Assembly: GCA_963767925.1 (NCBI GenBank)
Contig: CAVYGB010000010.1
Span: 1,056,001 to 1,120,000 of the forward strand
Direction: 5' to 3'
DNA from: an uncultured delta proteobacterium
GTDB taxonomy: Bacteria > Myxococcota_A > Polyangia > Fen-1088
DNA: 64,000 bases
The position numbers were made by a program, and so were the translations under genes. Below, in pieces: positions 52,001-60,917 of this stretch (the first letter of the stretch is position 1; every line of letters starts with the position of its first letter). The notes under the pieces are model-generated. The model was not told the origin of the DNA. It searched no databases and worked only from the letters and a program-made list of their open reading frames with translations.

Positions 52001-52180
52001 CGGGCCGTGATCGGCGGGGTCATCACCTCGACCCTGCTCACCCTGCTGGTGATCCCCACGCTCTACGACATCCTGGCCCGGGGTCGCGACCGGGCGCAGG
52101 CGCGCCTCCGCCGCCGCACGCGGCGGAGGGCGCGGCTACCCGCTCAGGAAGACGAGGGCAGGGCCGGCACGATCGTGTAG
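49016..52180 (+). CDS. RND permease (AcrB/D/F family)
   Basis: GILIDDAIVVREN, KNAILLIDF, RLRPILMT. Confidence 0.95.
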   Translation: MWISSFSIRNPVVTTVVMLALVVFGVIALFRLQVDEFPELEPPVVSISVPYPGASPEVVEREVLDRLEEAFGSVSGVDEIRGTASDSFAFLLVIFEFGRDLQEASQDIRDRISEIRRDLPPEIEEPVLARFDPAALPIVSLTLTSASRPPAELTRLADPGVVGALQSLTGVADVRVVGGVEPELTVELQPPALEAAGVGVAEVVQALAAQNLAAPVGRLTGPREEQTIRLRGRLERPADFADLVVPAPGAPPGRLVRLGELAKIRAGSEEPRSLALYDAEPAVGIDVIKATGASTTTVAEAIRRRVAELGKTLPPGVELRIVRDAGLRVSESMRDVQTSLIEGAALTVLVVFLFLASWRSTVITGLALPVSVLASFIAVWAFGFTLNTMSLLGLSLAIGILIDDAIVVRENIVRHMEMGKDHLRAAEEGTSEIGLAVAATTFSIVVVFVPIAFMGGVAQQWFAPLALTIAASVLVSLLVSFSLDPMLSAHWPDPEVEGQRQGWLSRRLHRFNAWFGRQTTRYQRVVGWALRHRLATLAIAAGTFVLALALPALGVIGSAFFPDQDRSEFEITILTSPGSLEETRGRVAAAATLARQSREVAYTYATVGGPTEAVDEASIYVRLVPRHARERGQAEVARELRDRVRTIPGMTAALSTGGFGAEKQIQLQLKGPDSAVLGRLAEAMAARVRQVPGAVDVGLSSKGLRPELEVVLDRELSASLGVTTAHVAQALRPAFAGLDAGDWVDPAGENRDVMVRLGPQWRTTPADVARLPLLIARPPGEAAAGPAAIPLGQVAQLRPGTAAAVVNHLDGERVVVVGANTEGRPLNQVVADIGRRLQGLTLPPGYSIGQGGETEGQQEVFGRILVSLGVAVMLMYFILVIQFRSFLDPLAIMASLPLSLIGVMLALAITGSTLNIMSLIGVILLMGIVAKNAILLIDFAKWAEARGVNRETALVEAGGVRLRPILMTSVAIIAGMMPVALGVGGEGADFRAPLGRAVIGGVITSTLLTLLVIPTLYDILARGRDRAQARLRRRTRRRARLPAQEDEGRAGTIV

Positions 52181-54795
52181 ACGCCGCCCGGCCGGGTGGC
52201 GAAGTCGACCGTCTGGGTCGGGCGGAGCTTCACGTCGGGAAGCCCCTCGGCCGCCCCCGGCGCCAGGCGGGGACGCCCGGGCGAGACCATCTTGAAGAAC
52301 GGGTTGGGGTTGGCCCCGGCGGCGGTCGTGGTGGGGATGCGGGTCGACCCCTCGGTGACGACCACCGGCCCCTGGGTCTGCAGGCGGAGGTTGCCGCCGA
52401 GCTTCGAGCGGACCACCGCCCGGGTGACCGCGCCCGCCTTCCACTCCATGTCCACCTGGAAGGCTCCGCGCGCCTTGAGGCCGGTGACCTGCCCCCGGGG
52501 CCAGGCCCAGGGCAGCGCCGGCAGCAGGTGGATCGACCCGGCGTGGCTCTGCACCAGCATCTCGGCCACCCCGGCGGTGTAGCCGAAGTTGCCGTCGATC
52601 TGGAAAGGGGGGTGGGCGTCGAACATGTTGGGGTAGAGGCCCCCGCCGCCCATGGTCACCTCGGAGGAGCCCACCGGGTTGAACAGGTTGCGGACGATCT
52701 TGTAGGCGTGGTCCCCGTCGCGCATGCGGGCCCAGAAGTTGATCTTCCAGCCCATCGACCAGCCGGTGGCCTCGTCGCCCCGCAGGTCCAGGGTGCGCGC
52801 CACCGCCCGGAACAGCTCCGGCGTCTCGGGCGTGATCTGGTTGCTGGGGTGCAGGCCATAGAGGTGCGACAGGTGGCGGTGCTTCGGCTCGTGCTCGCCG
52901 AAGTCCTCGCGCCACTCCTGGAGCTGCGAGCGCGCCCCGATGCGGTAGGGGGCCAGGCGGGCCAGCTTGCGGCGCAGCTCCCGCTGCAAGGGGCGGTCCC
53001 GCTTGAGCAGCTCGGCCGCCTCGATGGTGCGGGTGAACAGCTCGCGCACGATGGCGAGGTCCATCGTCGTGCCGAAGGAGGCTTGCCCGGGCCCGCCCCC
53101 TGGCGAGAGGAAGCGGTTCTCGGGCGAGGTGCTCACGGGGGTGACCAGCTCGCCCTTGCCGATGTCCATCAGCCAGTCGGCGTAGAACTCGGCCGCCCCC
53201 TTCATGATGGGGTAGGCCTCGCTGGCCAGGAAGGCCTTGTCGCCGGTGAACAGGTAGCGCTCCCAGAAGTGCGAGGCGAACCAGCCGCCCGCCATGTTCC
53301 AGAACGCCGCCCGCGGGTTGCCGTCCACCGGGAAGGCGTCCCGCCAGATGGTCGTGTTGTGGTGGGCGACCCAGCCCCGGTGCTTGTACATCCGGCGGGC
53401 GGCGATGGCCCCGGTGCGCGACACCTCCTTGACCATGCGGAACAGGGGCTCCTGCAGCTCCGAGAGGTTGGTGACCTCGGCGGGCCAGTAGTTCATCTGG
53501 GTGTTGATGTTGATTGTGTAGGCCGAGGCCCAGGGCGGCACCACCTGGTCGTTCCAGATCCCCTGCAGGTTGAGGGGCTGGGTGCCCGGCCGCGAGCCGG
53601 CGATGAGCAGGTACCGCCCGAACTGGAAGGCGAGCGCGGCCAGGTCGGGATCGCCCGAGACGGCGAAGGAGGCGATGCGCTGGTCGGTGGGCAGCTTGTC
53701 CTTGGCCGGATCGCCGTCCATGCGCAGCGACACCCGATCGAACAGCGCCCGGTAGTCGTCGAGGTGGCGCTTCTGCAAGCTGGCGAAGTCACGCGCCCCC
53801 GCCGCCCGCAGGTCCTGGGTGGTGCGCCGGGCGGGGTCCACCCCGGCGCGGCTGGGGCTCTTGAGGAACCCGTTGAAGCTGCTGCCGGCGGCGATCAGCA
53901 GCACCGCCTCGCTGGCCCCCTCGACCTGCAGGCCCTTGGCGTTGCCCACGACCTTGCCGTCGGTCTGGATGGCCAGGCGCGACTCGAAGAACATCCCCTT
54001 GCCGCCGATGGCGTCGCCGTACAGCACCTGGGCGGCGTGGGGCAGCCGCTTGCCGCTCTTGTCGTACAGCTCGGGGTACTTGTGCTGGTCGCCCCACTCC
54101 TCGATGGTGTTCATCGGGCGGCGGGCGACGAAGCCGGGGAGCTGCCCGCGCATGACGAGGCCTTCGCCCGACAGCTCCGACTTCGCGGTCGGGTGCACCG
54201 AGCTGAAGCTGGCGCTGAACCCCAGCGCGCCGGGCTGGCCGGCCCGCAGGCGGATCACGATCACCTGGTCGGGCTGGCTGGCGAAGACCTCGCGGGTGAA
54301 GATGATGCCGTTGCGGCGGAAGCTCACCCCGGCGGTGGCGGTGGCCAGGTCCAGGTAGCGGCGGTAGCCGGTGACCTCGCCCTGGGCGGTGAACTCGAGG
54401 TGCAGGTCACCGAGCGGCTGGTAACACTGCTGGTTGCGCCCCAGCCAGTTCTTCTGGATGAAGGTGTCGGCCTCGGCGTTCTTGTTGGCCTTGATGAGGG
54501 CCACCACCTTGCGCAGGGTCTTGCTGACGTTGACCGTGCGCAGGTCGGCGGGCGGCTCGCCCGAATAGAGGGTGTCCTCGTTGAGCTGCAGGCGCTCCCG
54601 GTCGGTACCGCCGTAGATCATCGCCCCCATCCGACCGTTGCCGATCGGCAGCGCCTCCACCCACTTGGTGGCCGCCTTGTCGTAACGGAGCGTGAGCCCC
54701 GGAGTCGGTTCGACGGGCTCGAACGCCAGGGCGGGCTCGGCCCTCGAGGCGGCTGCGGCCACCCCGATAACTAGAAATAGATACGCGGTGCGCAT
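52144..54795 (-). CDS. GH95 alpha-L-fucosidase
   Basis: EALPIGNGRMGAM, NLQGIWN, NINTQMNYW, HRHLSHLYG, HPPFQIDGNFG. Confidence 0.95.
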   Translation of the reverse strand: MRTAYLFLVIGVAAAASRAEPALAFEPVEPTPGLTLRYDKAATKWVEALPIGNGRMGAMIYGGTDRERLQLNEDTLYSGEPPADLRTVNVSKTLRKVVALIKANKNAEADTFIQKNWLGRNQQCYQPLGDLHLEFTAQGEVTGYRRYLDLATATAGVSFRRNGIIFTREVFASQPDQVIVIRLRAGQPGALGFSASFSSVHPTAKSELSGEGLVMRGQLPGFVARRPMNTIEEWGDQHKYPELYDKSGKRLPHAAQVLYGDAIGGKGMFFESRLAIQTDGKVVGNAKGLQVEGASEAVLLIAAGSSFNGFLKSPSRAGVDPARRTTQDLRAAGARDFASLQKRHLDDYRALFDRVSLRMDGDPAKDKLPTDQRIASFAVSGDPDLAALAFQFGRYLLIAGSRPGTQPLNLQGIWNDQVVPPWASAYTININTQMNYWPAEVTNLSELQEPLFRMVKEVSRTGAIAARRMYKHRGWVAHHNTTIWRDAFPVDGNPRAAFWNMAGGWFASHFWERYLFTGDKAFLASEAYPIMKGAAEFYADWLMDIGKGELVTPVSTSPENRFLSPGGGPGQASFGTTMDLAIVRELFTRTIEAAELLKRDRPLQRELRRKLARLAPYRIGARSQLQEWREDFGEHEPKHRHLSHLYGLHPSNQITPETPELFRAVARTLDLRGDEATGWSMGWKINFWARMRDGDHAYKIVRNLFNPVGSSEVTMGGGGLYPNMFDAHPPFQIDGNFGYTAGVAEMLVQSHAGSIHLLPALPWAWPRGQVTGLKARGAFQVDMEWKAGAVTRAVVRSKLGGNLRLQTQGPVVVTEGSTRIPTTTAAGANPNPFFKMVSPGRPRLAPGAAEGLPDVKLRPTQTVDFATRPGGVYTIVPALPSSS

Positions 54796-54839
54796 GACGC
54801 CGGAGCGTACCCCCGGAGGTCGCCCGCGGTCGAGTGGGG

Positions 54840-55400
54840 TCAGCGCCGGGTCGCAGCACGCCGGGCGCAGGCGCGGGCCACCGCCCGGGATGCCTCGAGG
54901 TAGCTGGGGTGCCGGTCGAGGTATTTCCCCCTTGCTTCTGCGAGGGCGGCGCGGGCGCGGGCGCAGTCGGGGCTGGGGGCGGGCGCGCAGAGCGCCGCCG
55001 TCCGGGCCCGGGTCGCCAGGACGTCGGGATGACGCGACAGGTACTTCGCCTCCGCCTCGGCCAGATCGGCGCGGGCCTGCGCGCAGTCGCCGTTCGGCGC
55101 GGGCCGACAGGCCGCTTCGGCCCGGGCCGCCGACTCCGCCACGGCCGGGTGCCGCTCGAGGTGGCGCGTCCGCACCTCGGCGGCCCGGCGGGTCTCCTCC
55201 TGGCATACCGATGAGGCCGGAGCGGGCGGCGCCGGCGCTGCTGCTGGCGAAGCACTCGCTGCTGCCGAGGCAGCAGCGGCCGGGGACGCGGCCGCTGCAG
55301 CGGTCGCGGAGGTGGTGGGAGCGGCGCGGGCGGGCGCCCCGGCGAGCGCCGCCAGCACCATCGTCGCCGTCACCACCAGGAGCGGAAACCCCGTCGCCAT
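54840..55400 (-). CDS. Secreted Cys-containing helical repeat protein
   Basis: Signal peptide; RHLERHP, KYLSRHP and KYLDRHP repeats. Confidence 0.6.
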   Translation of the reverse strand: MATGFPLLVVTATMVLAALAGAPARAAPTTSATAAAAASPAAAASAAASASPAAAPAPPAPASSVCQEETRRAAEVRTRHLERHPAVAESAARAEAACRPAPNGDCAQARADLAEAEAKYLSRHPDVLATRARTAALCAPAPSPDCARARAALAEARGKYLDRHPSYLEASRAVARACARRAATRR

Positions 55401-55518
55401 GCTGGCATCATAGGTCCGGAAGATCGGCCCGGGCGAGCTTTCCAGGTTGCTTCCGGGCGAGCCCGGATGAATCCTGCAAGGATCATCAGAAGGCAGTGAC
55501 CGCTCCAAGGAGGACACC

Positions 55519-56178
55519 ATGGCTCTTCGTATCGGGGATATCGCACCGGATTTCGACGCCGAGACGACCTCCGGCCCCATCAAGTTCCACGACTGGGTCG
55601 GCGATTCGTGGGCGGTGCTCTTCTCGCACCCCAAGGACTTCACCCCGGTGTGCACGACCGAGCTCGGCTACATGGCCCGCCTCAAGCCGGAGTTCGACAA
55701 GCGCAACGTCAAGATCATCGGCCTCAGCGTCGACCCGGTAGACAACCACTCCCGCTGGGCCGACGACATCAAGGAGACGCAGGGCTACGCCCCCAACTTC
55801 CCGATGATCGGCGATCCCGAGCTGAAGGTGGCCAAGGCCTGGGGCATGTTGCCGGCCGAGCTGGTCGGCAGCTCGCAGGGCCGCACGCCGATGGACAATC
55901 AGACCGTGCGCAACGTCTTCGTCGTCGGCCCCGACAAGAAGGTGAAGCTGATCCTGGTCTACCCCATGACCACCGGGCGCAACTTCGACGAGGTCCTGCG
56001 CGTGATCGATTCGCTGCAGCTCACCGCCAAGCACAAGGTGGCGACCCCCGTGAACTGGAAACACGGAGAAGACGTCATCATCGCCGGCTCGGTCTCCGAC
56101 GAGGACGCCAAGAAGCAATACCCCCAGGGCTGGAAAGCCCCCCGCCCCTACCTCCGCATCGTCCCCCAGCCGAAGTAA
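55519..56178 (+). CDS. 1-Cys peroxiredoxin (Prx6)
   Basis: FSHPKDFTPVCTTE, TGRNFDE, ATPVNW; AAGGAGG SD. Confidence 0.96.
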   Translation: MALRIGDIAPDFDAETTSGPIKFHDWVGDSWAVLFSHPKDFTPVCTTELGYMARLKPEFDKRNVKIIGLSVDPVDNHSRWADDIKETQGYAPNFPMIGDPELKVAKAWGMLPAELVGSSQGRTPMDNQTVRNVFVVGPDKKVKLILVYPMTTGRNFDEVLRVIDSLQLTAKHKVATPVNWKHGEDVIIAGSVSDEDAKKQYPQGWKAPRPYLRIVPQPK

Positions 56179-56271
56179 CCCGCGCCCGCGCAGCCCCGCC
56201 CAGTCGCTGACCGCGGGGCTGCAGCGCCGCGCCCCGGTCTCGACACGGTTGAGCCAGGCCCATCCGCCACC

Positions 56272-56390
56272 TGTTTGCCCTCGCCCCGCGGTCCGCCGCT
56301 GGGAGAGGGAATGGGTGAGGGGCGGCTGCCACGCCGGGCGTCCCCACCCGGCACGCGACCCGCCGACCCTTCCGAGCGGGAGAGGTGATC
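56272..56390. repeat. REP-like palindrome (family A) with degenerate partner
   Basis: 56272-56330 is nearly identical to 10284-10341. Confidence 0.75.
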
Positions 56391-56464
56391 GCGCCAGGGT
56401 CCAACCACCGCCCTTGGCGCGAGCCGGCGCCCGACGCCCTTGCCCTCCCTCGGGCGAAATATTC

Positions 56465-56489
56465 GATAGTGATTATCAGTTTCACTATC
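56465..56489. promoter_or_regulatory. Fur-box-like operator
   Basis: GATAGTGATTATCAGTTTC matches 15/19 of GATAATGATAATCATTATC; also GATAGTGA...TCACTATC inverted repeat. Confidence 0.7.
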
Positions 56490-56553
56490 TCGTCTGCGGG
56501 GAGGAGGCCACCTTTCGCTGGCCGTCATCGCCGTGCGGAAAGGAAGGCCCATC

Positions 56554-57774
56554 GTGCTTCGACGTCCCCTCATCTCTGTCCCCGGCCTGCTCACCACCGT
56601 CGCCCTGGTTGCCCTGGCCTCCTGCAGCGCCAATCCGCCGGGAGAGGCGCCCCCCAGCGGCGTCGCGGGCGAGGGGCCGCTGTACCTGCTGGCGACGGCG
56701 GTCTCGGGCGACGACAGCGCCACCACCTACCTCAAGGTTTCGAATCAGGTCCCCCAGGGTGAGGTCGACCTGCTGAACACCCGCGAGTTCCCCGGCTGGT
56801 CCGACGTCAAGGTCAGCGGGGGCAAGATCTTCGTCTCCAGCGGCGAGTCGCCCATCGTCTCCCGCTTCGCGGTGGCCGCCGACGGCAGCCTGCAGAAGGA
56901 GGGGGAGATCGGCTTTGCCAACCACGCGATGGACGCCGCCATGTACCAGCACGTCTTCATCAGCCCGGAGAAGGCCTACCTGCTGGGCGACGGCGGCGAC
57001 TACGTCATCTGGAACCCCAGCACCATGGAGATCCTGGGCACCATCGCCGTCCCGCGCCTGCCCGTGCGCGACGGCGTCGAGCCGGCCCCCAGCCTGGATC
57101 GCGGCATGATCGTGCGCGACGGGCGCCTGTACCACGCGGTGGCCTACTCGAACTACGAGACCTACAAGATGTTCCCCGAATCGAACATCGTCGTGGTGGA
57201 CGTCGTCGCCGATCGCTTCGTCGAGAGCATCGCCGTCCCCTGCCCCGACCTCAACGTCGCCACCGAAGACCCGGCCGGCAACCTGATCTTCAGCAACTGG
57301 GTCTACTCGCCCGCCGCCACCCTGGTGCACGGCGGGGCCAACGCCTGCCTGGTGAAGATCCCCGCCGGCCAGACCACCATCGACCCCGCCTCCGTCGTCG
57401 CCTTCAAGGACGTCACCGGCGGCCACGAGGCGGCCGCCGTGTCGGTGCTGGCCAACGGCCGGGCCATCGTCTCGGTGTTCTACGAGGACAACCAGCCCTT
57501 CGACCCCAGCAAGGACGACATCTTCGACTGGGTCTTCGGGGCGAACTGGAAGACCGTCGAGCTCGACCTCACCCGCCGCACCACCACCGAGCTGCGCGGC
57601 CTCGACTGGCACGGCGGGGGCTACTACACCGCCACCTTCGACGACACCGACTACCTGCTCCTGCCGGGCAAGGGCTACACCACCACCCAGATCTACGAGC
57701 TCGACCCCCAGAGCGGCGCCCGCCTCCGCGCCCAGACCAAGGGCTGGGCCACCCGCCTCTTCCGCCTGCGCTGA
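56554..57774 (+). CDS. MxcI/DUF4374-like lipoprotein (iron-uptake associated)
   Basis: LASC lipobox, REFPG, KAYL, IWNPSTMEI, PCP; Fur-like box upstream. Confidence 0.7.
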   Translation: MLRRPLISVPGLLTTVALVALASCSANPPGEAPPSGVAGEGPLYLLATAVSGDDSATTYLKVSNQVPQGEVDLLNTREFPGWSDVKVSGGKIFVSSGESPIVSRFAVAADGSLQKEGEIGFANHAMDAAMYQHVFISPEKAYLLGDGGDYVIWNPSTMEILGTIAVPRLPVRDGVEPAPSLDRGMIVRDGRLYHAVAYSNYETYKMFPESNIVVVDVVADRFVESIAVPCPDLNVATEDPAGNLIFSNWVYSPAATLVHGGANACLVKIPAGQTTIDPASVVAFKDVTGGHEAAAVSVLANGRAIVSVFYEDNQPFDPSKDDIFDWVFGANWKTVELDLTRRTTTELRGLDWHGGGYYTATFDDTDYLLLPGKGYTTTQIYELDPQSGARLRAQTKGWATRLFRLR

Positions 57775-57789
57775 ACGCCGGGCCCGCTG

Positions 57790-58272
57790 CTATTGCCGGC
57801 GCGCCGTGAAGCCGCTCACCAGGAACTTCGTGTTGATGAACCGCAGCTCGCGCCCGCGGTCGAGGATGACGAAGGAGACCGGAAGGGGCTCCTTGATCGG
57901 CGAGGTCGGAAAGACGGCCTCCGCCTGACCGAAACCATCCGGTCCCACCGAATAGGTGCAGCTCGCCGAATCGAACTGCGCCTTCTCGCCCGCGATGTTG
58001 ACGATGTTCCGCACCGAGCACCCCCCCTCCCCGTCGAACCGGATGCGCCCGATCCCCACCGTCGGCGTCGCCTCCGGCACCGCCGGCGGCAGCAGGTAAC
58101 CCACTTCGGTAGCGAACCCCCAGCTCCCCTCGACCGAACGCTCGTCGAACCCCCGCCCCGCCCCATCCACATCGCCATCCGCCCGCAAGGGCCGCGCCGT
58201 CACCACCGTCCCCACCACCGCCCCCAGCAAGATCCCACCGCCCGCAACCAAGAACCCATTCCGCTTCATCAT
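57790..58272 (-). CDS. Hypothetical secreted beta-rich protein
   Basis: GAGGAGG SD, signal peptide, GRIRFDGEG. Confidence 0.65.
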   Translation of the reverse strand: MMKRNGFLVAGGGILLGAVVGTVVTARPLRADGDVDGAGRGFDERSVEGSWGFATEVGYLLPPAVPEATPTVGIGRIRFDGEGGCSVRNIVNIAGEKAQFDSASCTYSVGPDGFGQAEAVFPTSPIKEPLPVSFVILDRGRELRFINTKFLVSGFTARRQ

Positions 58273-58609
58273 CGTCCGCCTCCTCTCGTGTCGTCCCTCC
58301 CACTAACGCAGCTCGCGGAAGATCTTCCAGGGGTTGCGGGCGCGTTTCAGAGCGAATCCAGGTCGGATTCCACGAGGGAAGATCCGGATGACGAGCCTGG
58401 CCAGGCATGGCCCTCCCCGGCGCGACGCGCACGGCACCCGAGCCGTGCACAGTTAAATTAATCCAGGGCCCGAACCAGGCGGTTGGCGGTCGAAGTCGAC
58501 AGGCGACGGAGCTCAAGGAGCCCATCCTGCGCCGGACTATCGGACATCTGCACTGAGCCAGCATGTAGACATTTGTATGGCACCCTGGCGAACGAAAAAC
58601 ACAGCGTCA

Positions 58610-59941
58610 CTAGCCCGTGCCGGAAACTTCGGGCCGCAGTTCTTCCTCGGTCATGGTTATTGCTGCCGACTTTTGTCGGCTCCCGGATTCCGTGGCCGGG
58701 CCGATGTCAACTAGGACGAGGTATAGGCGGCGACCGTGGTCGACCACGGATTCCGGCAGCAACACACGGGGACCGCCGATTCGGAAAACCACCAAAAACG
58801 CCTCCGGCAGGTGGTAGGTGTTTGCGAGTCGCCCCCAAGTATCCCAAACCTGCCTGACGGCGTGAGTCACAATAACACGTGGATTAGCATCGCCGTACTG
58901 TTTCGCCTCGACGTAGATGGGAGCTTCGAGGTGCGGTTCAAGAATGTCCGGGCGCAAGCCTGCAATCCTCGTATCAACCAACGGGTTCATGCCCTGGTCG
59001 AACAGGAACCGCGCGAACTCCTGTGTTAGATGGGCCTCGGCCGCTCGGGAGTCCTGCTCTGCGAGCGCGCGAAACCGCTCGGCATCGAAGCGCTCCGTCC
59101 GGGCAGCGAAGCGGCGCACGAGCGCAAAGTGCGACCGACCAATGGCCAGGCGATGGGTGAGGTCCTTGCAGACGAGCCGCAGGTCCGACTTGACGGCCTC
59201 AATAGTCTCCGCGAGGTCTCGCCTACCCTTGCTACTTCCGTCGCCGTAGAGTTCCTCGATTTCCTCCTTCGAACGCAGGTAGGCAGCCAGTTCTTCACGG
59301 CGGCGTTCGTCGCGCCAGATCTCGTCCGTCAACAAAGGGTTGAACCGGGCAGCGACATGCTTCAACCGTTCGATGGCGGCCCCCGCTAGAACGTGCGCGT
59401 CAAGCCAGAACCGGCGATGCTGATGATCATTGCGCAGCTTCGTCTGACTAACCTCATAAAAGAACGCCTGCACGGCCGCAGCCTCCGACGGCAGACGGCT
59501 GTCGGCCGCCTCTCGAATCCATTCGCTGTACGGCTCAATGGCAGCGACGATCTTGCCTGTCAAGCTCCCATTGGCAGGGGGCAAAGCATCCCGGGGAAAC
59601 GCGACGCGGGGGACCTGTTCGAAAAGCCTGTCGATCCCTTCTAGGGTCGACCGACTGTCATCCCGGACGTCAGGGTTTTTGGCGGTATCAACGACCAACC
59701 GGCGGATGGTTGGTCCCACCGCAATCCAGAGCGATCTCATGGCCGAAACACATTGGGTATCCTGCTCGGTGAGCGTTGCCTCCCTTTTCGTGGCCTCGTC
59801 TCGCATCTCCTCCACGATTCCGGCTAGAACCGGATGGCGTGCAAGGAATTCCAGCACTCTGGGAAGCGCTATCAGCGTGCGAGGCCCCGCGAGCCCTTCC
59901 ACGTAGCGGAACTCGCTTTCTACGATCCCGATTGTCGCCAC
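58610..59941 (-). CDS. Helical protein with C-terminal PD-(D/E)XK nuclease-like domain; 5' end interrupted by IS21
   Basis: E...RPDIL...YVEAKQY; lower GC; the first 3 codons of this ORF lie inside the IS left end. Confidence 0.7.
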   Translation of the reverse strand: MATIGIVESEFRYVEGLAGPRTLIALPRVLEFLARHPVLAGIVEEMRDEATKREATLTEQDTQCVSAMRSLWIAVGPTIRRLVVDTAKNPDVRDDSRSTLEGIDRLFEQVPRVAFPRDALPPANGSLTGKIVAAIEPYSEWIREAADSRLPSEAAAVQAFFYEVSQTKLRNDHQHRRFWLDAHVLAGAAIERLKHVAARFNPLLTDEIWRDERRREELAAYLRSKEEIEELYGDGSSKGRRDLAETIEAVKSDLRLVCKDLTHRLAIGRSHFALVRRFAARTERFDAERFRALAEQDSRAAEAHLTQEFARFLFDQGMNPLVDTRIAGLRPDILEPHLEAPIYVEAKQYGDANPRVIVTHAVRQVWDTWGRLANTYHLPEAFLVVFRIGGPRVLLPESVVDHGRRLYLVLVDIGPATESGSRQKSAAITMTEEELRPEVSGTG

Positions 59942-60221
59942 CGGTCTGAGAGGGTCCCCTTTTCACCGGGGTCACCGGAGCCCGGGCTTCGACGGCCGCT
60001 TGGCTGAAGATCCCCCCCGGGATCCATGTGTGACTGGGGCGCCGGTCTCCAAGGCGCCGTCGGCGGTGGTCGCCCCACGAAGTACGCCAGCCGGGAGACC
60101 CCGTCCTTCTGGGGGGGGGCCGGTGAGCGGAAAATTCGCGAAGCTGGCCCGATCAGGGTAGCGAGAAGAAGCCGACTCCCGGAGGGAGGAGGGACCCGGA
60201 GTTACGAGCTCCGAGTCCCTC

Positions 60222-60917
60222 GTGTCGATTCACGGGGACGTGTCCGACGAGATCGTCGTCGCACGGCCGCACGGCTCCGTCCAGTTTTCGGGTGTCGGCG
60301 CCCCCGGGGACGTGGACTCGCTTCGTTTCGTTGTCTGTGACCGGCCCGAGTGCCGGCAGGTGTTCTTCCTCTGCAGTCCCTGCGACCGCGGGGATCGATA
60401 CTGCTCGATCGGCTGCCGCACCAGGGCCCGCCGACAGACGCTGCTCGAAGCGGGGCGGCGCTATCAGGCCAGCCGCGACGGTCGCTTCGCGCACGCGGCT
60501 CGCCAGCGCGCCTACAACGAGAAAGTGACGCATCAGAGTCCCCGAGAATTTGCGTTTCCAGTACAGGTTGTCTTGCCGCTCACCACAGGCGGCAAGGAGG
60601 CCGCCGATGCACGACCGGATCTGGGTGACGATCCACCCGCGACGAGAGTGGACCAGGGTGCTAGTGACGGACGGACCAGAGCAGACGCTGCTCAAGGCAA
60701 GGCTGGCCCCGACGCCGTGGCACCAGCGGGCGCTGCCGACGCTGCTGGAGGCGCTGGCGCTGTGGCACAGCCGGCCGGTCCACGCTGTGCTCGCTGCAGA
60801 CGCCCAGGACGGTACGTTCGTGACGAATTTGTGTCCCGATCTGGCCGCCGAGCACCTGCGGACGCCGCTGTACACGCTCGAGGTGGTCGCGGCCCGCCGC
60901 CCTCCGCGCCGACGTGA
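60222..60917 (+). CDS. IS21-associated Cys-rich accessory ORF1 (start may be GTG 60312)
   Basis: CDRPEC, CSPCDRGDRYCSIGC, RRYQ...KVTHQS, RCARC. Confidence 0.6.
   Translation: MSIHGDVSDEIVVARPHGSVQFSGVGAPGDVDSLRFVVCDRPECRQVFFLCSPCDRGDRYCSIGCRTRARRQTLLEAGRRYQASRDGRFAHAARQRAYNEKVTHQSPREFAFPVQVVLPLTTGGKEAADARPDLGDDPPATRVDQGASDGRTRADAAQGKAGPDAVAPAGAADAAGGAGAVAQPAGPRCARCRRPGRYVRDEFVSRSGRRAPADAAVHARGGRGPPPSAPT

Noticed and set aside
52144..52180. 37-bp convergent overlap of RND and GH95 genes
   Set aside because: Short tail overlaps are common in GC-rich genomes.
38837..54774. Very long ORFs such as 38837-42862, 48194-51439 and 49018-54774
   Set aside because: Shadow or antisense frames of recognisable genes; expected at this GC content.
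58568..58577. GACATTTGTA as a second BlaI site
   Set aside because: One mismatch, and not positioned near a clear gene start.
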